Of a stretch of DNA of 32,000 nt, positions 1-7,912 are shown in pieces (positions within the stretch are counted from its first letter, which is position 1; each line of letters begins with the position of its first letter). The notes under the pieces were generated by a model. It had not been told where the DNA came from. It did no database searches and was given only the letters and a program-made list of their open reading frames with translations. A program made the position numbers and the translations under genes. The stretch spans positions 30,001 through 62,000 of the forward strand of contig JBBIMK010000005.1 in the NCBI GenBank assembly GCA_037444445.1. Direction: 5' to 3'. This DNA is from a bacterium. GTDB taxonomy: Bacteria; UBP7; UBA6624; JBBIMK01.

Positions 1-417
1 GCCCTCGTCATGCTCCTTCAATATTACGGTGTTCCCATCTCCGAGCAAGACCTTATCAAAGAATATCCGGATGTTTATGAAAAAGGCTGGTATCTTCCCT
101 GGCTCTGGGAGTATGCCGGGAAGAAGGGGCTAAAAGTGGAATATGGCACTGGAGACATAGGAAAGGTCAAAGATTTCGTCTTGCGAGGGATTCCAGTCCT
201 CGTTTATCAGTATTCCCACAAAACAGGAAAACCCCATTTTAGAATTGTGACAGGCTACGATGAAGAAAAGAGAGTTTTCATCCTTCAGGACCCCGCAAAG
301 CAGATGGGCAAAGACTCTCACCTTTCCTTCTCCGAATTTGAGGAGTTGTGGAACCTTCCCTGGTTCACCGGTTCTGAAGGAAAGAAGTCCCACTTCTACT
401 TTGTGGTGAGGAAGTAA
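1..417 (+). CDS. C39-like papain-fold cysteine peptidase domain protein, 3' fragment (5' end outside window)
   Basis: Frame 1 is open from nt 1 (Ala-Leu-Val precede the first Met at nt 10); stop TAA 415-417. LLQYYGVPISEQDLIKEY ... GIPVLVYQY ... PHFRIVTGYDEEKRVFILQDP follows the pattern of Peptidase_C39-like domains (YYG segment after the catalytic Cys, later His-x-x-V-x-G-Y-D and a trailing DP). The catalytic Cys would lie upstream of the window. Motif recognition by eye only. Confidence 0.55.
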   Translation, partial: ALVMLLQYYGVPISEQDLIKEYPDVYEKGWYLPWLWEYAGKKGLKVEYGTGDIGKVKDFVLRGIPVLVYQYSHKTGKPHFRIVTGYDEEKRVFILQDPAKQMGKDSHLSFSEFEELWNLPWFTGSEGKKSHFYFVVRK

Positions 418-539
418 CTAACCCCCTGGGGGTAGTGGCGAAGAAGAGATGGAATGCGTTCTTCTGGCTCACCCGTATAAGCCCGGATATTCGCGAAGAT
501 ACTTCTGTAATGGATACAACGGTATACTTACGAACTGCC

Positions 540-3065
540 TCAGGGGTGGGGGTGAATCATCGGCGGCATAGGCAGGTGGAGAAGGTCCACCACCCACCCT
601 TTCTCGCTGACCCTGGATAAAGTGGCTCCCACGAGGTCTGGCTTCTCATCCCCGAACAGGTCTGTTAGGGTCACAGGAATGGAAGACCCACTGACAGACT
701 TAACCTGGTAAAGCCCCACCCCATAGCCTCCTTTCTCCACGATAAGGACCAGATTTTGAGCAGGGGTGGGGACCTTGTCTGCCTCTATGAGACGGGTTGA
801 GCAGGACCAGACCACCGCCCGAGCATTCCACGGGTCGGGAATGACGCTGGAAGTGCAGTCATCCGCTACTACATCAGGAATTTTCAAAGAAACCTTTCCA
901 AAAGAATCAAACAGCCAGGTGCTCTGGAGGGTTCCTATTAGGGCACCGAGAGGTTGACCACTCAGATTATAGGAGTAGGAAAACGGCTTCCATCGTTCGC
1001 CGGAAGAAGAAGCGACAAAGCCCTCTGCGTCCATCAGGAGGGGTCTTACATCCAGTCCATCCAGAACCACTACATTCCGAGAACCTGCTCGGACTCCCTT
1101 CGGAACCTTTTCTTCTGAAATGGGTAAATTCATCAGGGCATTGACGGGGTCGTGAAGAAAATAAAGAGTGCGCCTTTCAAGATTAGAAGACCTGGGATAT
1201 AGTTTGAGACGGAACCACCACTTACCTGCCAGCGGAAGAAAATCTCCTGTTTCTAATCGGGAAGGGTTGTAAAGCAAGGTATCAAAGGTGGCTTTCCATT
1301 GCCTCCAGGGTTTCCCGGTGGGGCTTTTGGCTTCTATTCCCGCGCCGAAATCGGTCTTTTCCAGGGAAAGGATGTCTCGTATTCCATCACCGTTCAAATC
1401 GGGTCCCAAGAATCCCCAAGAACCTTTCAGTGGAAGATAAGTAGTTTTTAAGGGTTGCTGGTTCTTCTGAACGAAATTGCATTCACTTCGGTCAATGTCA
1501 TCGGAATAGACATCGAGACCGAGTCCTCGTTGAAACCCCGCACAGAGAAAAACGGAATCCTTACCCGCGGGCAAAAGCGACAAAGATGATAAAGAAAGGC
1601 CGTTGGCTTCAAAAGGAATTGAAATATGGCCGATGGGCTGGGACACGGAGAATCCACCTTCTGGATTCCACCGGGTAGGTGGGGGAATGTTAGGCTGTGG
1701 CGCCTGAAGCGAGAAGTAAAGAATACTACGGAATCCGCCACGGGTCAGGTAAAACTCCTTCAAGCCGTCAAAGTTCAGGTCAAGAGAGACAAGAGATGAA
1801 TAACTTGAAAAATACTGCATGGTCCCCCATAGCCTGCGGGATGAAACCCTCCTGCCATTCAGGTCAAAGAAGTCAATTGTGTTCTCTCTGCCTGTTTCAT
1901 AAGCACCGATGAGACTCAATCCTGGTCGCACTTCTGCAACGGTTAGATTCTGCGCGGTAATAAGGAAGGAACGAAGCAACCTTCCGCCCGTATCCCAGAT
2001 AAAAACAAAAGGTTCAATAATAAGAACCCAGAACCGCCGGTTCCCCTCGTAAGCCATGGAAATTTCCATCTCTTGAATTTGGAGGAAACCGTGAGGATAA
2101 TTGCCTGACAGGTTGAGTCGCACTGTCTGATTGCCGGATCTATCATAGATGAGAACCCTTCCTGAGGGGAGTGGAACGGCGATGAAGCCTTCTCCAGCCT
2201 TCCAGTCATAAGCAAAAAGGGGTGGCAGAGTGGGCTGTCGGATATGGATGTGTGTCAGGGATTGCCCTGTTTCATCAAAAATAACCAGGCTCCCTTCAGC
2301 CGGGCAGGAGACCAGCAAGCGAAGCGGGTCTCCCTTCCTCAAAGGCAGGGGTAAGAAATCCACCTCAGGCGGAGGAATTTCCCATGGTATCCAGGTTCTC
2401 GGCCTCTTGAAAACGAATTCCCCACGCTTCTTTACCGGTAATCGCCAGCGACAAAAAGTCTCCTTCTTCAACAGTTTTCCTCCCCCGTCAAAAATCATCA
2501 GATTCTGAGAGAGATTGCTGTAAACCAGGTATCGCTCTGGCGAGCCCGAACCGCCGAGACTATGAAGAGGAAAGCGAGCAAGCGAGAGGATTCTTGTCCT
2601 TCCATCCGGTGTTAGAACGATGAAAAACTTCTCCCCTTCAGAAACGCTGTAGTGGTATCCCCAGATGAGTTTTTCTGGGACATCCCAGGAAAAGAGGGGC
2701 GTTCCCGGGATCGCTCGGGCGTTACCCAGTTCCGACTGGAACTGGTATGGGGAGGGTGTGGAAGGAGGAGGTTCGGGGAAGAGACCTGTGGTTACGGGTT
2801 TTGCAGGGCGGGGCGGTTTTTTTCCTTTCGGCTGTGCTTTCTCATCAGGCTTCAATGATTTCTCCTCATATCCTAATAAGTATGTCATATACCAGCGATA
2901 ATAGGAGTATTCATAGGGATTGGGAATAGACTCTGGCTTGAAGGCTGCCATTTCCCGCTTGGCTTCCAGCGCAGAGCAGGACACAAGGAAGAGGGGAAGG
3001 AAAATCAGGAGAAGGGAAGGCAAGAGGTTATTTCCGGTTCGCATGCTCCGATTCGCAGGGCTCAT
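540..3065 (-). CDS. Large (841 aa) predicted lipoprotein with beta-propeller-type and FG-GAP/VCBS-like repeats
   Basis: ORF 540..3107. I place the start at ATG 3065 because it overlaps the upstream stop as ATGA (3062-3065) and is preceded by AGGAGGGG (complement of 3068-3075). The N-terminus MSPANRSMRTGNNLLPSLLLIFLPLFLVSC has a charged n-region, a hydrophobic core and lipobox L-V-S-C. The body has recurring blade-like motifs LMIFDGGGKLL, LVIFDETGQSL, VLIYDRSGNQT, FIWDTGGRLL, IDFFDLNGRRV, plus FG-GAP-like loops DLNFDGLKEF, DLNGDGIRDIL, DLFGDEKPDLV. Confidence 0.75.
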   Translation of the reverse strand: MSPANRSMRTGNNLLPSLLLIFLPLFLVSCSALEAKREMAAFKPESIPNPYEYSYYRWYMTYLLGYEEKSLKPDEKAQPKGKKPPRPAKPVTTGLFPEPPPSTPSPYQFQSELGNARAIPGTPLFSWDVPEKLIWGYHYSVSEGEKFFIVLTPDGRTRILSLARFPLHSLGGSGSPERYLVYSNLSQNLMIFDGGGKLLKKETFCRWRLPVKKRGEFVFKRPRTWIPWEIPPPEVDFLPLPLRKGDPLRLLVSCPAEGSLVIFDETGQSLTHIHIRQPTLPPLFAYDWKAGEGFIAVPLPSGRVLIYDRSGNQTVRLNLSGNYPHGFLQIQEMEISMAYEGNRRFWVLIIEPFVFIWDTGGRLLRSFLITAQNLTVAEVRPGLSLIGAYETGRENTIDFFDLNGRRVSSRRLWGTMQYFSSYSSLVSLDLNFDGLKEFYLTRGGFRSILYFSLQAPQPNIPPPTRWNPEGGFSVSQPIGHISIPFEANGLSLSSLSLLPAGKDSVFLCAGFQRGLGLDVYSDDIDRSECNFVQKNQQPLKTTYLPLKGSWGFLGPDLNGDGIRDILSLEKTDFGAGIEAKSPTGKPWRQWKATFDTLLYNPSRLETGDFLPLAGKWWFRLKLYPRSSNLERRTLYFLHDPVNALMNLPISEEKVPKGVRAGSRNVVVLDGLDVRPLLMDAEGFVASSSGERWKPFSYSYNLSGQPLGALIGTLQSTWLFDSFGKVSLKIPDVVADDCTSSVIPDPWNARAVVWSCSTRLIEADKVPTPAQNLVLIVEKGGYGVGLYQVKSVSGSSIPVTLTDLFGDEKPDLVGATLSRVSEKGWVVDLLHLPMPPMIHPHP

Positions 3066-3781
3066 AACCCCTCCTGTGGAATATCGTGGCGAGCCACCTC
3101 CCGCCATGCCAGGACGATAAACAGGTAAGTCAGGATAAGCAGATAGCCGGCGGTGGACAGGAAGGCTCGCTCCTCATTCTGTAGGATGCCCAGCGGTAAA
3201 ACCGGAAGGAGGGCAAAGAAAGTGATTAATAGGGAGAGGAAAAAGGCAAATACCGCCGAGCGAAGCCTCCAGGACAGCCAGAAATGGAGGCTATAAAAGA
3301 AGAAGGAGCTAGCGCACAGAAATAGAGCATAAGGGATTGCCAGGGAGGCAGGGATTGGGTATATTAGGGATTCGGTTGTGGGAGAAACACTTTCCAGGGG
3401 CATAGCGAGAAGTAAGATAGGAAGGGCGGTGCAGGCAAAAGGCAAGAGTCCGTAATAGAAGCGAGCCCAGAAATAGTCCGTCCGTGAACCGGGAAGAGTC
3501 AGAGCGAAGGTTTTTCCTCCCACATCCTGCCCCCCGCTTCCCAGTAGAATGATGGGAAAAACGGCAAAAACCACAAGAAGCGGGAAATTGTAGAATAGAA
3601 AAATTTTCAAAAACCGGGAGAGGTATTCCAGGAAATAGGAGAAGGAAGGAATAGGCGGGAGGAAGAAGAAAACCAGTTCAACGCCCAGGATGAGAGCGAT
3701 GAGGGAGAAGGCAACCTTCCAGCGAAGGGGAAGAGCATGGTGATGCAAGAGAAGCAGATGCCAGAACTCTTTTCCCCGCAT
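3062..3781 (-). CDS. Polytopic membrane protein, putative permease subunit of the adjacent ABC system
   Basis: 239-aa ORF, strongly hydrophobic with about 6 predicted TM stretches (e.g. FSLIALILGVELVFFFL, FPLLVVFAVFPIILLG, AFFLSLLITFFALLPVLPLGIL). The start lies 1 nt after the stop of the upstream membrane-protein gene. Position is directly downstream of an ABC ATPase, as in YtrA-type/ABC-2 operons. No diagnostic motif recognised. Confidence 0.65.
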   Translation of the reverse strand: MRGKEFWHLLLLHHHALPLRWKVAFSLIALILGVELVFFFLPPIPSFSYFLEYLSRFLKIFLFYNFPLLVVFAVFPIILLGSGGQDVGGKTFALTLPGSRTDYFWARFYYGLLPFACTALPILLLAMPLESVSPTTESLIYPIPASLAIPYALFLCASSFFFYSLHFWLSWRLRSAVFAFFLSLLITFFALLPVLPLGILQNEERAFLSTAGYLLILTYLFIVLAWREVARHDIPQEGL

Positions 3782-3782
3782 G

Positions 3783-4472
3783 TTATGCCCCCCAATCTTT
3801 TTTCAGAAATACCCGAGCCACCCATGCAAAAAGGAGCCCGGTGAGAATTAGCAATGAGAAAGTAACGAGGGCGATGCCCATCAGCCTGAGGATGGTGAAG
3901 TCTTTCACTTCTCTACTCACCCACAGAAACTGGATAGCAATGTAAGGGGCAAAAACGACCGGCACCAACAGGTAGATGGGAAAGGCGTAAATCATCATTC
4001 GTCCCATCTCCTGCAAGGGATAGGCAGAAAGGATGGACAGCAGGAAAGTGAGCCCGTAAAACAGTAGAGTCCATACCAGGAAAAGCAAAAAAGTAGGCGG
4101 GAGTTGCCAGAGGTCCGGGGATTCGTGAAAGAATCGCTCTAAGAGGAACGCCAGGGCGAAGGGGACGAAGAAAGTGAAACAGAGCCAGAAAAAGCGGTGA
4201 ATGAATTTGGAATACAAAAAGGAGGGGCGGGAATAGGGCAGGGAGAGAGAGAAGTCAAAGCGTCTCGTTACCCGTTCACCGGAGATGGCACCGGTGGCAA
4301 AAAGGATGGCGGAAATCGCCCCTATGGGGAAGAGGCTCCGAAGATAGTCCATCGCCCCATATCCGCCGAGGAAGGCCATCAGGAGAGCATAGAGTAAAAG
4401 GAAGGGAAAAAGGATTCGCACAAAGGGTTTCACCTCGGCATACCGTAATGCCCAGTCCCGCCTCAAGCCCAT
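3783..4472 (-). CDS. Polytopic membrane protein, putative permease subunit of the adjacent ABC system
   Basis: 229-aa ORF with about 6 hydrophobic segments (ILFPFLLLYALLMAFLGG, FWLCFTFFVPFALAFLL, FLLFLVWTLLFYGLTFLLSIL, IALVTFSLLILTGLLFAWV). ATG 4472 overlaps the ATPase stop (4463) by 10 nt, consistent with translational coupling. Confidence 0.65.
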   Translation of the reverse strand: MGLRRDWALRYAEVKPFVRILFPFLLLYALLMAFLGGYGAMDYLRSLFPIGAISAILFATGAISGERVTRRFDFSLSLPYSRPSFLYSKFIHRFFWLCFTFFVPFALAFLLERFFHESPDLWQLPPTFLLFLVWTLLFYGLTFLLSILSAYPLQEMGRMMIYAFPIYLLVPVVFAPYIAIQFLWVSREVKDFTILRLMGIALVTFSLLILTGLLFAWVARVFLKKDWGA

Positions 4473-5344
4473 TTTTCCACCAGTTTCACGAATATCTCTG
4501 TCAGGTTCAGGTCCAGAACCCTCACAAAGTCGGGCTGGAGTGAGGAGATTTCCTGGAGGAGGCCGTCAGGGGGCTGGCGGGTAATCAGCGTCACCACATC
4601 CCCCAGACGCTCCACGGAGAGAACCGCTGGATGATTTGCCCAATCGTGCTGTTTAGAAGTGGTGTATTGAATCATCTTCACAGCCATTTTCAGGTCTTCT
4701 ATATTGCCGGAGAGGATGAGGCGACCATCGGCAATGATGCCCACGGCTTCGCAGACGCGTTCCACTTCAGGAATGACATTGGAAGCCATGAGGACGGTGC
4801 CACCGGAGTCTGCGTATTCCTCGGAGAGGGTTTTGAAGAAGATTTCTCGGGCGAGGGCATCTAAACCGTTGGTGGGCTCATCCAGAATCAGCAGGTCGGG
4901 GTCGTGCGCCACCGCTGCCACTAACGCCACGCGGGTCCGTTCCCCCAGCGACAGCGTCCCGATTTTCCGATTCATAGGAACTTTGAAACGCTCCACATAC
5001 TTTGCGATGCGGGTGTCGTTCCACCGCTCATACAGAGGTTTGAGGGCTTTCAAAAGTTCGCTCCCCGTCATATAATCAGGAAGGGAGCGGAGTTCAGATA
5101 CGAAGCCGATACGCTTCTTGATGGCTACTTCATTCTTCCACAGGTTCATACCGAAGACCTCCACCTCACCCTGAGAGGGCTGGTACAGGTTCATAAGAAT
5201 GCGAAGAGTTGTGGTTTTCCCCGCTCCGTTGGGACCCACGAGGCCAAAGATACAGCCGGACGGCACTGTCAGGTCCAGACTCTTTAGGACTTCGTGGCGC
5301 CGAAAACTCTTCCTAAGGCTTCGTAGTTTTACGCAGTCGCTCAT
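4463..5344 (-). CDS. ABC transporter ATP-binding protein (ABC-2/YtrB-like)
   Basis: Walker A GLVGPNGAGKTT, ABC signature LSLGERTRV, Walker B/D-loop LLILDEPTNGLD. It is 293 aa with a C-terminal extension as in ABC-2 type ATPases. The position expected for the H-loop His reads Asn (VLMASNVIPEVE, codon 4778-4780). Confidence 0.93.
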   Translation of the reverse strand: MSDCVKLRSLRKSFRRHEVLKSLDLTVPSGCIFGLVGPNGAGKTTTLRILMNLYQPSQGEVEVFGMNLWKNEVAIKKRIGFVSELRSLPDYMTGSELLKALKPLYERWNDTRIAKYVERFKVPMNRKIGTLSLGERTRVALVAAVAHDPDLLILDEPTNGLDALAREIFFKTLSEEYADSGGTVLMASNVIPEVERVCEAVGIIADGRLILSGNIEDLKMAVKMIQYTTSKQHDWANHPAVLSVERLGDVVTLITRQPPDGLLQEISSLQPDFVRVLDLNLTEIFVKLVEKWA

Positions 5345-5780
5345 CTTCGCTCAGGTTCCGAACTTCCCAGCCGGAACTCTTCATCTCCTCTTGACATGCT
5401 TCCCACTCCTCCTTCAGGATTTGAATGACTTCTTCACGGCTGATGCCCATCGTAAGGGCGGAAATAGAGGCGCCTCGGAGGTGGCCCCGGACGGTAGCCA
5501 CTGGCTCCTCCGCCGCATTCCTCCGAGCGTTCTCCGAGATGTAGACTCCCATACCCGGCACTGCCTTCACGATGTCCTTATCTTTCAGCCGGGTGTAGGT
5601 TTTCGCAATGGTATTCGGGTTCACGCCCAGATGCTCAGCCAGCGCCTTGACAGTGGGTAGTTGGTCTCCCGATTTCAGGAGCCCGGTAAGAACCATCCAT
5701 CGGACCTGCTCCATAATCTGAAAAGAAATGGGCTTGCCTGCATTCGGATTCAGGTGGAAAAGAATTTTTCGCTCCCGCAT
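5313..5780 (-). CDS. GntR-family transcriptional regulator, YtrA-like short subfamily
   Basis: Winged-HTH signature GDQLPTVKALAEHLGVNPNTIAKTYTRLKDKDIVKAVPGMGVYI. It has a short (about 60 aa) C-terminal region instead of a ligand domain, and sits immediately upstream of an ABC ATPase, which is the classic YtrA arrangement. RBS AGGTG lies 8 nt before ATG 5780. The 3' end overlaps the ATPase gene by 32 nt. Confidence 0.88.
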   Translation of the reverse strand: MRERKILFHLNPNAGKPISFQIMEQVRWMVLTGLLKSGDQLPTVKALAEHLGVNPNTIAKTYTRLKDKDIVKAVPGMGVYISENARRNAAEEPVATVRGHLRGASISALTMGISREEVIQILKEEWEACQEEMKSSGWEVRNLSEDERLRKTTKP

Positions 5781-5810
5781 GATTTTTTCACCTGCGTAAG
5801 TCCACTATAG

Positions 5811-5841
5811 TAGTATACTATAACTATATAATGCTTGTCAA
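5811..5841 (-). promoter_or_regulatory. Candidate sigma70-type promoter of the GntR-ABC operon with an overlapping palindromic operator
   Basis: On the minus strand: -35 TTGACA (complement of 5836-5841), 18-nt spacer, -10 TATACT (complement of 5812-5817). A perfect 10-bp palindrome TAGTATACTA (5811-5820, GT..AC core as in GntR operators) overlaps the -10. It lies about 30 nt upstream of the regulator start codon. Confidence 0.5.
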
Positions 5842-5912
5842 GTGGTATGGAGGGGATGGGTGAATATGGGGTGTAAGTTTGATGGGAATGGATTGGAGGG
5901 AAGGAAGAGGTT

Positions 5913-6677
5913 TTAGCGCCCGGTCCAGGCGGGCTTCCGCTTCTGTAAGAATGCCGTTAAGCCTTCCATCATATCGCTCAAACGGGTGAGTTCCTCCAGG
6001 TATAACCGGTTCATTTCTATTAGAGCCGAATCTAACGGAAGGGTCAGGGCTTTCTGGAAGGCTCTTTTGGTGAGTTTCAACACGGCAGGGCTTTTGGAAG
6101 TCAGAAGGGAAATGAATTCCTGGAGAACCGTCTCCAGTTGTCCTGCGGGAGCCAGGCGATTCACTACTCCCATCTGCACCGCTTCCTGAACGGGGTAAGT
6201 TTTTCCTGTGAGAATCCATTCGGCAGATTTTTTCACACTCATCCGGTTGGGCAAGAGAGCCAGGGCTACGGGAGGGAAGCACCCCACATCAATTTCCGGC
6301 AGTCCAAAGCGGGCGCTTTCATCCGCAATGACGAAATCGCAGAAGAGGGCAAGTTCACATCCCCCGCCGAGGCAGTATCCGTGAACTCCTGCCACCGTAA
6401 CTGCCGGGCATTCCTCTAACTTCTGAAACAACCGATGAAACTCCTGAAGCATTTCCGAAACCCTCTCCGGCAGATGGTCCTGGATGTCGGCACCGGCAGA
6501 AAAGCCTTTTTCACCCGCACCTGTAATGACAAGCACGGATACATCAGGAGAGGTGGATGCCACCTCTACCGCAGAGGTCAATTCCCGAATCATTTCAACA
6601 TTCAGAACATTCACCGGTGGCCTGTTCAAAATGATTCGGTAAATCGGCGGTTTTTCTTCCACTTGAATATATTTCAT
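5913..6677 (-). CDS. Enoyl-CoA hydratase/isomerase (crotonase) family protein
   Basis: 254 aa. Crotonase oxyanion-hole motifs VLVITGAGEKGFSAGADIQ and GYCLGGGCELALFCDFVIA. RBS GAGGAGGG lies upstream of ATG 6677. Confidence 0.9.
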   Translation of the reverse strand: MKYIQVEEKPPIYRIILNRPPVNVLNVEMIRELTSAVEVASTSPDVSVLVITGAGEKGFSAGADIQDHLPERVSEMLQEFHRLFQKLEECPAVTVAGVHGYCLGGGCELALFCDFVIADESARFGLPEIDVGCFPPVALALLPNRMSVKKSAEWILTGKTYPVQEAVQMGVVNRLAPAGQLETVLQEFISLLTSKSPAVLKLTKRAFQKALTLPLDSALIEMNRLYLEELTRLSDMMEGLTAFLQKRKPAWTGR

Positions 6678-6697
6678 TCCTATCCCTCCTCAATACG

Positions 6698-6727
6698 ATT
6701 GTAGATTTTCAGCCTGAAAAATGGCAA
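6698..6727 (-). promoter_or_regulatory. Candidate promoter for the 5913-6677 crotonase gene
   Basis: Minus strand: -35 TTGCCA (complement of 6722-6727), 18-nt spacer, -10 TACAAT (complement of 6698-6703), about 20 nt upstream of the start codon. Sequence match only. Confidence 0.35.
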
Positions 6728-6823
6728 AATTTTTTTCAAACGCGCCTGAATTTTTTTACTGGTGTTCAGGATGAGTGTCCAGCCATTTCGCTCTCTTTCA
6801 TCCGACTGCACCCCGTTAGAATT

Positions 6824-7033
6824 TCAGGCCCCGGTATTGATATTGAAGAGGGAATAGAAAAAGCATCTTCCTGTGATAGCCGTGATGAGGATATAAGCAC
6901 CGATGATGAGGACGAGGTCACCGAAAATATTTCCGATATTTCCGCCGAGAACGAACCATCCCACATACAGAAGGATGATACCCAGAACACCCCGAATTCC
7001 CCGGTCCAGCGTTCCTACATTCTGTTCACCCAT
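6824..7033 (-). CDS. DUF2892 (YgaP-like) small two-TM membrane protein
   Basis: ORF 6824..7069. Start placed at ATG 7033, which has GGAGGT (complement of 7041-7046) 7 nt upstream and avoids overlap with the upstream gene. MGEQNVGTLDRGIRGVLGIILLYVGWF...LIIGAYILITAITGRCFFYSLF matches the N-x-G-x-x-(D/E)-R-x-x-R ... G-x-C-P/F-x-Y pattern of DUF2892. Confidence 0.7.
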   Translation of the reverse strand: MGEQNVGTLDRGIRGVLGIILLYVGWFVLGGNIGNIFGDLVLIIGAYILITAITGRCFFYSLFNINTGA

Positions 7034-7065
7034 ATCGGGTACCTCCTGAAATTTTTTTGAAGGTT

Positions 7066-7857
7066 TCAACGAGCCCGGAAGGTGGGTCTCCTTTTCTGCA
7101 GATAAGCGGAGATTCCCTCCCGGGCATCTTCGCTGATAAAAAGTTGCTGAAGCAATTCTCGTTCCAGGGCCAGGGCATCGTGGAAGGACATTTCCAGTCC
7201 GGATTGAATGGCTCGCTTGATGGCTCCAACGGCCTTAGTAGCGGTATTCGGAGGAAGGAACTGGCGGGCGTATTTCAACACCTCAGGCAGGAAATTTTCC
7301 TTCTCAAAAATCAGGTTAACGAGCCCGATGGACCGGGCTTCTTCAAACTCCAGCAGGCGACCTGTGGTGAGGAGTTCCAGGGCGCGGGCTTTCCCTGCGA
7401 TTCGTGGCAGGCGCTGGGTGCCGCCGATGCCGGGCAGGACGCCTAATAGGACTTCCGGGCATCCAATTTTTCCCGCCCCTCGGCAGGCTATGCGGATGTC
7501 TGCCGCCAGTGCGATTTCTAACCCTCCACCCACCGCATGCCCGTTCAACGCTGCAATGACCAGTTTCGGTGTGTTCTCCAGGCGATTGAGAGTCTCATTG
7601 GCATGAAGCACGAATAAATACCGACTTTCCGGAGGGATGCTGGCGAGGTAGTTGATGTCGGCGCCGGCGCAGAAAAATTTTTCCCCCGCACCCGTGAGAA
7701 CCAGCACATAAACCCCTTCATCCCACCGCGCCCGCAGAATGGCAGAATCTAACTGCTTCATCATCTCGTGAGTATAAGAATTCGCCGGCGGTGAAGAAAG
7801 AACCAGAATCCCTACCCCGTCTTCCACCCGGTACTCCACTGTCTGTTTCTCATCCAT
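7066..7857 (-). CDS. Enoyl-CoA hydratase/isomerase (crotonase) family protein
   Basis: Motifs VLVLTGAGEKFFCAGADIN and GHAVGGGLEIALAADIRIA. Start set at ATG 7857 (MDEKQTVEYRV), preceded by GGAGAGGAGAG, rather than the ORF-track start 7914, which would run into the pilD start codon. Confidence 0.9.
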   Translation of the reverse strand: MDEKQTVEYRVEDGVGILVLSSPPANSYTHEMMKQLDSAILRARWDEGVYVLVLTGAGEKFFCAGADINYLASIPPESRYLFVLHANETLNRLENTPKLVIAALNGHAVGGGLEIALAADIRIACRGAGKIGCPEVLLGVLPGIGGTQRLPRIAGKARALELLTTGRLLEFEEARSIGLVNLIFEKENFLPEVLKYARQFLPPNTATKAVGAIKRAIQSGLEMSFHDALALERELLQQLFISEDAREGISAYLQKRRPTFRAR

Positions 7858-7912
7858 CTCTCTCCTCTCCTTACACTTTCTTCTCTTATTATATAATGAA
7901 TAAGAAGGATAC

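Noticed and set aside
421-465. Possible bidirectional terminator between the convergent peptidase and lipoprotein genes (ACCCCCTGGGGGT and GAAGAA-N13-TTCTTC)
   Set aside because: The first palindrome has essentially no loop. The second is a 6-bp stem with a large loop and no T-run. This is not convincing.
435-620. 61-aa plus-strand ORF in the convergent intergenic region
   Set aside because: Half of it is antisense to the lipoprotein 3' end. It has no RBS and no motif.
5824-6282. 152-aa minus-strand ORF overlapping the 3' part of the crotonase gene and the GntR promoter region
   Set aside because: It is out of frame with a well-supported crotonase and is Ser/Pro/Arg-rich. It would have to be read through the mapped promoter/operator.
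6745-6770. Inverted repeat CCTGAA-N14-TTCAGG downstream of the DUF2892 gene as an intrinsic terminator
   Set aside because: It has only a 6-bp stem with a 14-nt loop and no adjacent U-tract on the minus strand. This is too weak to call.
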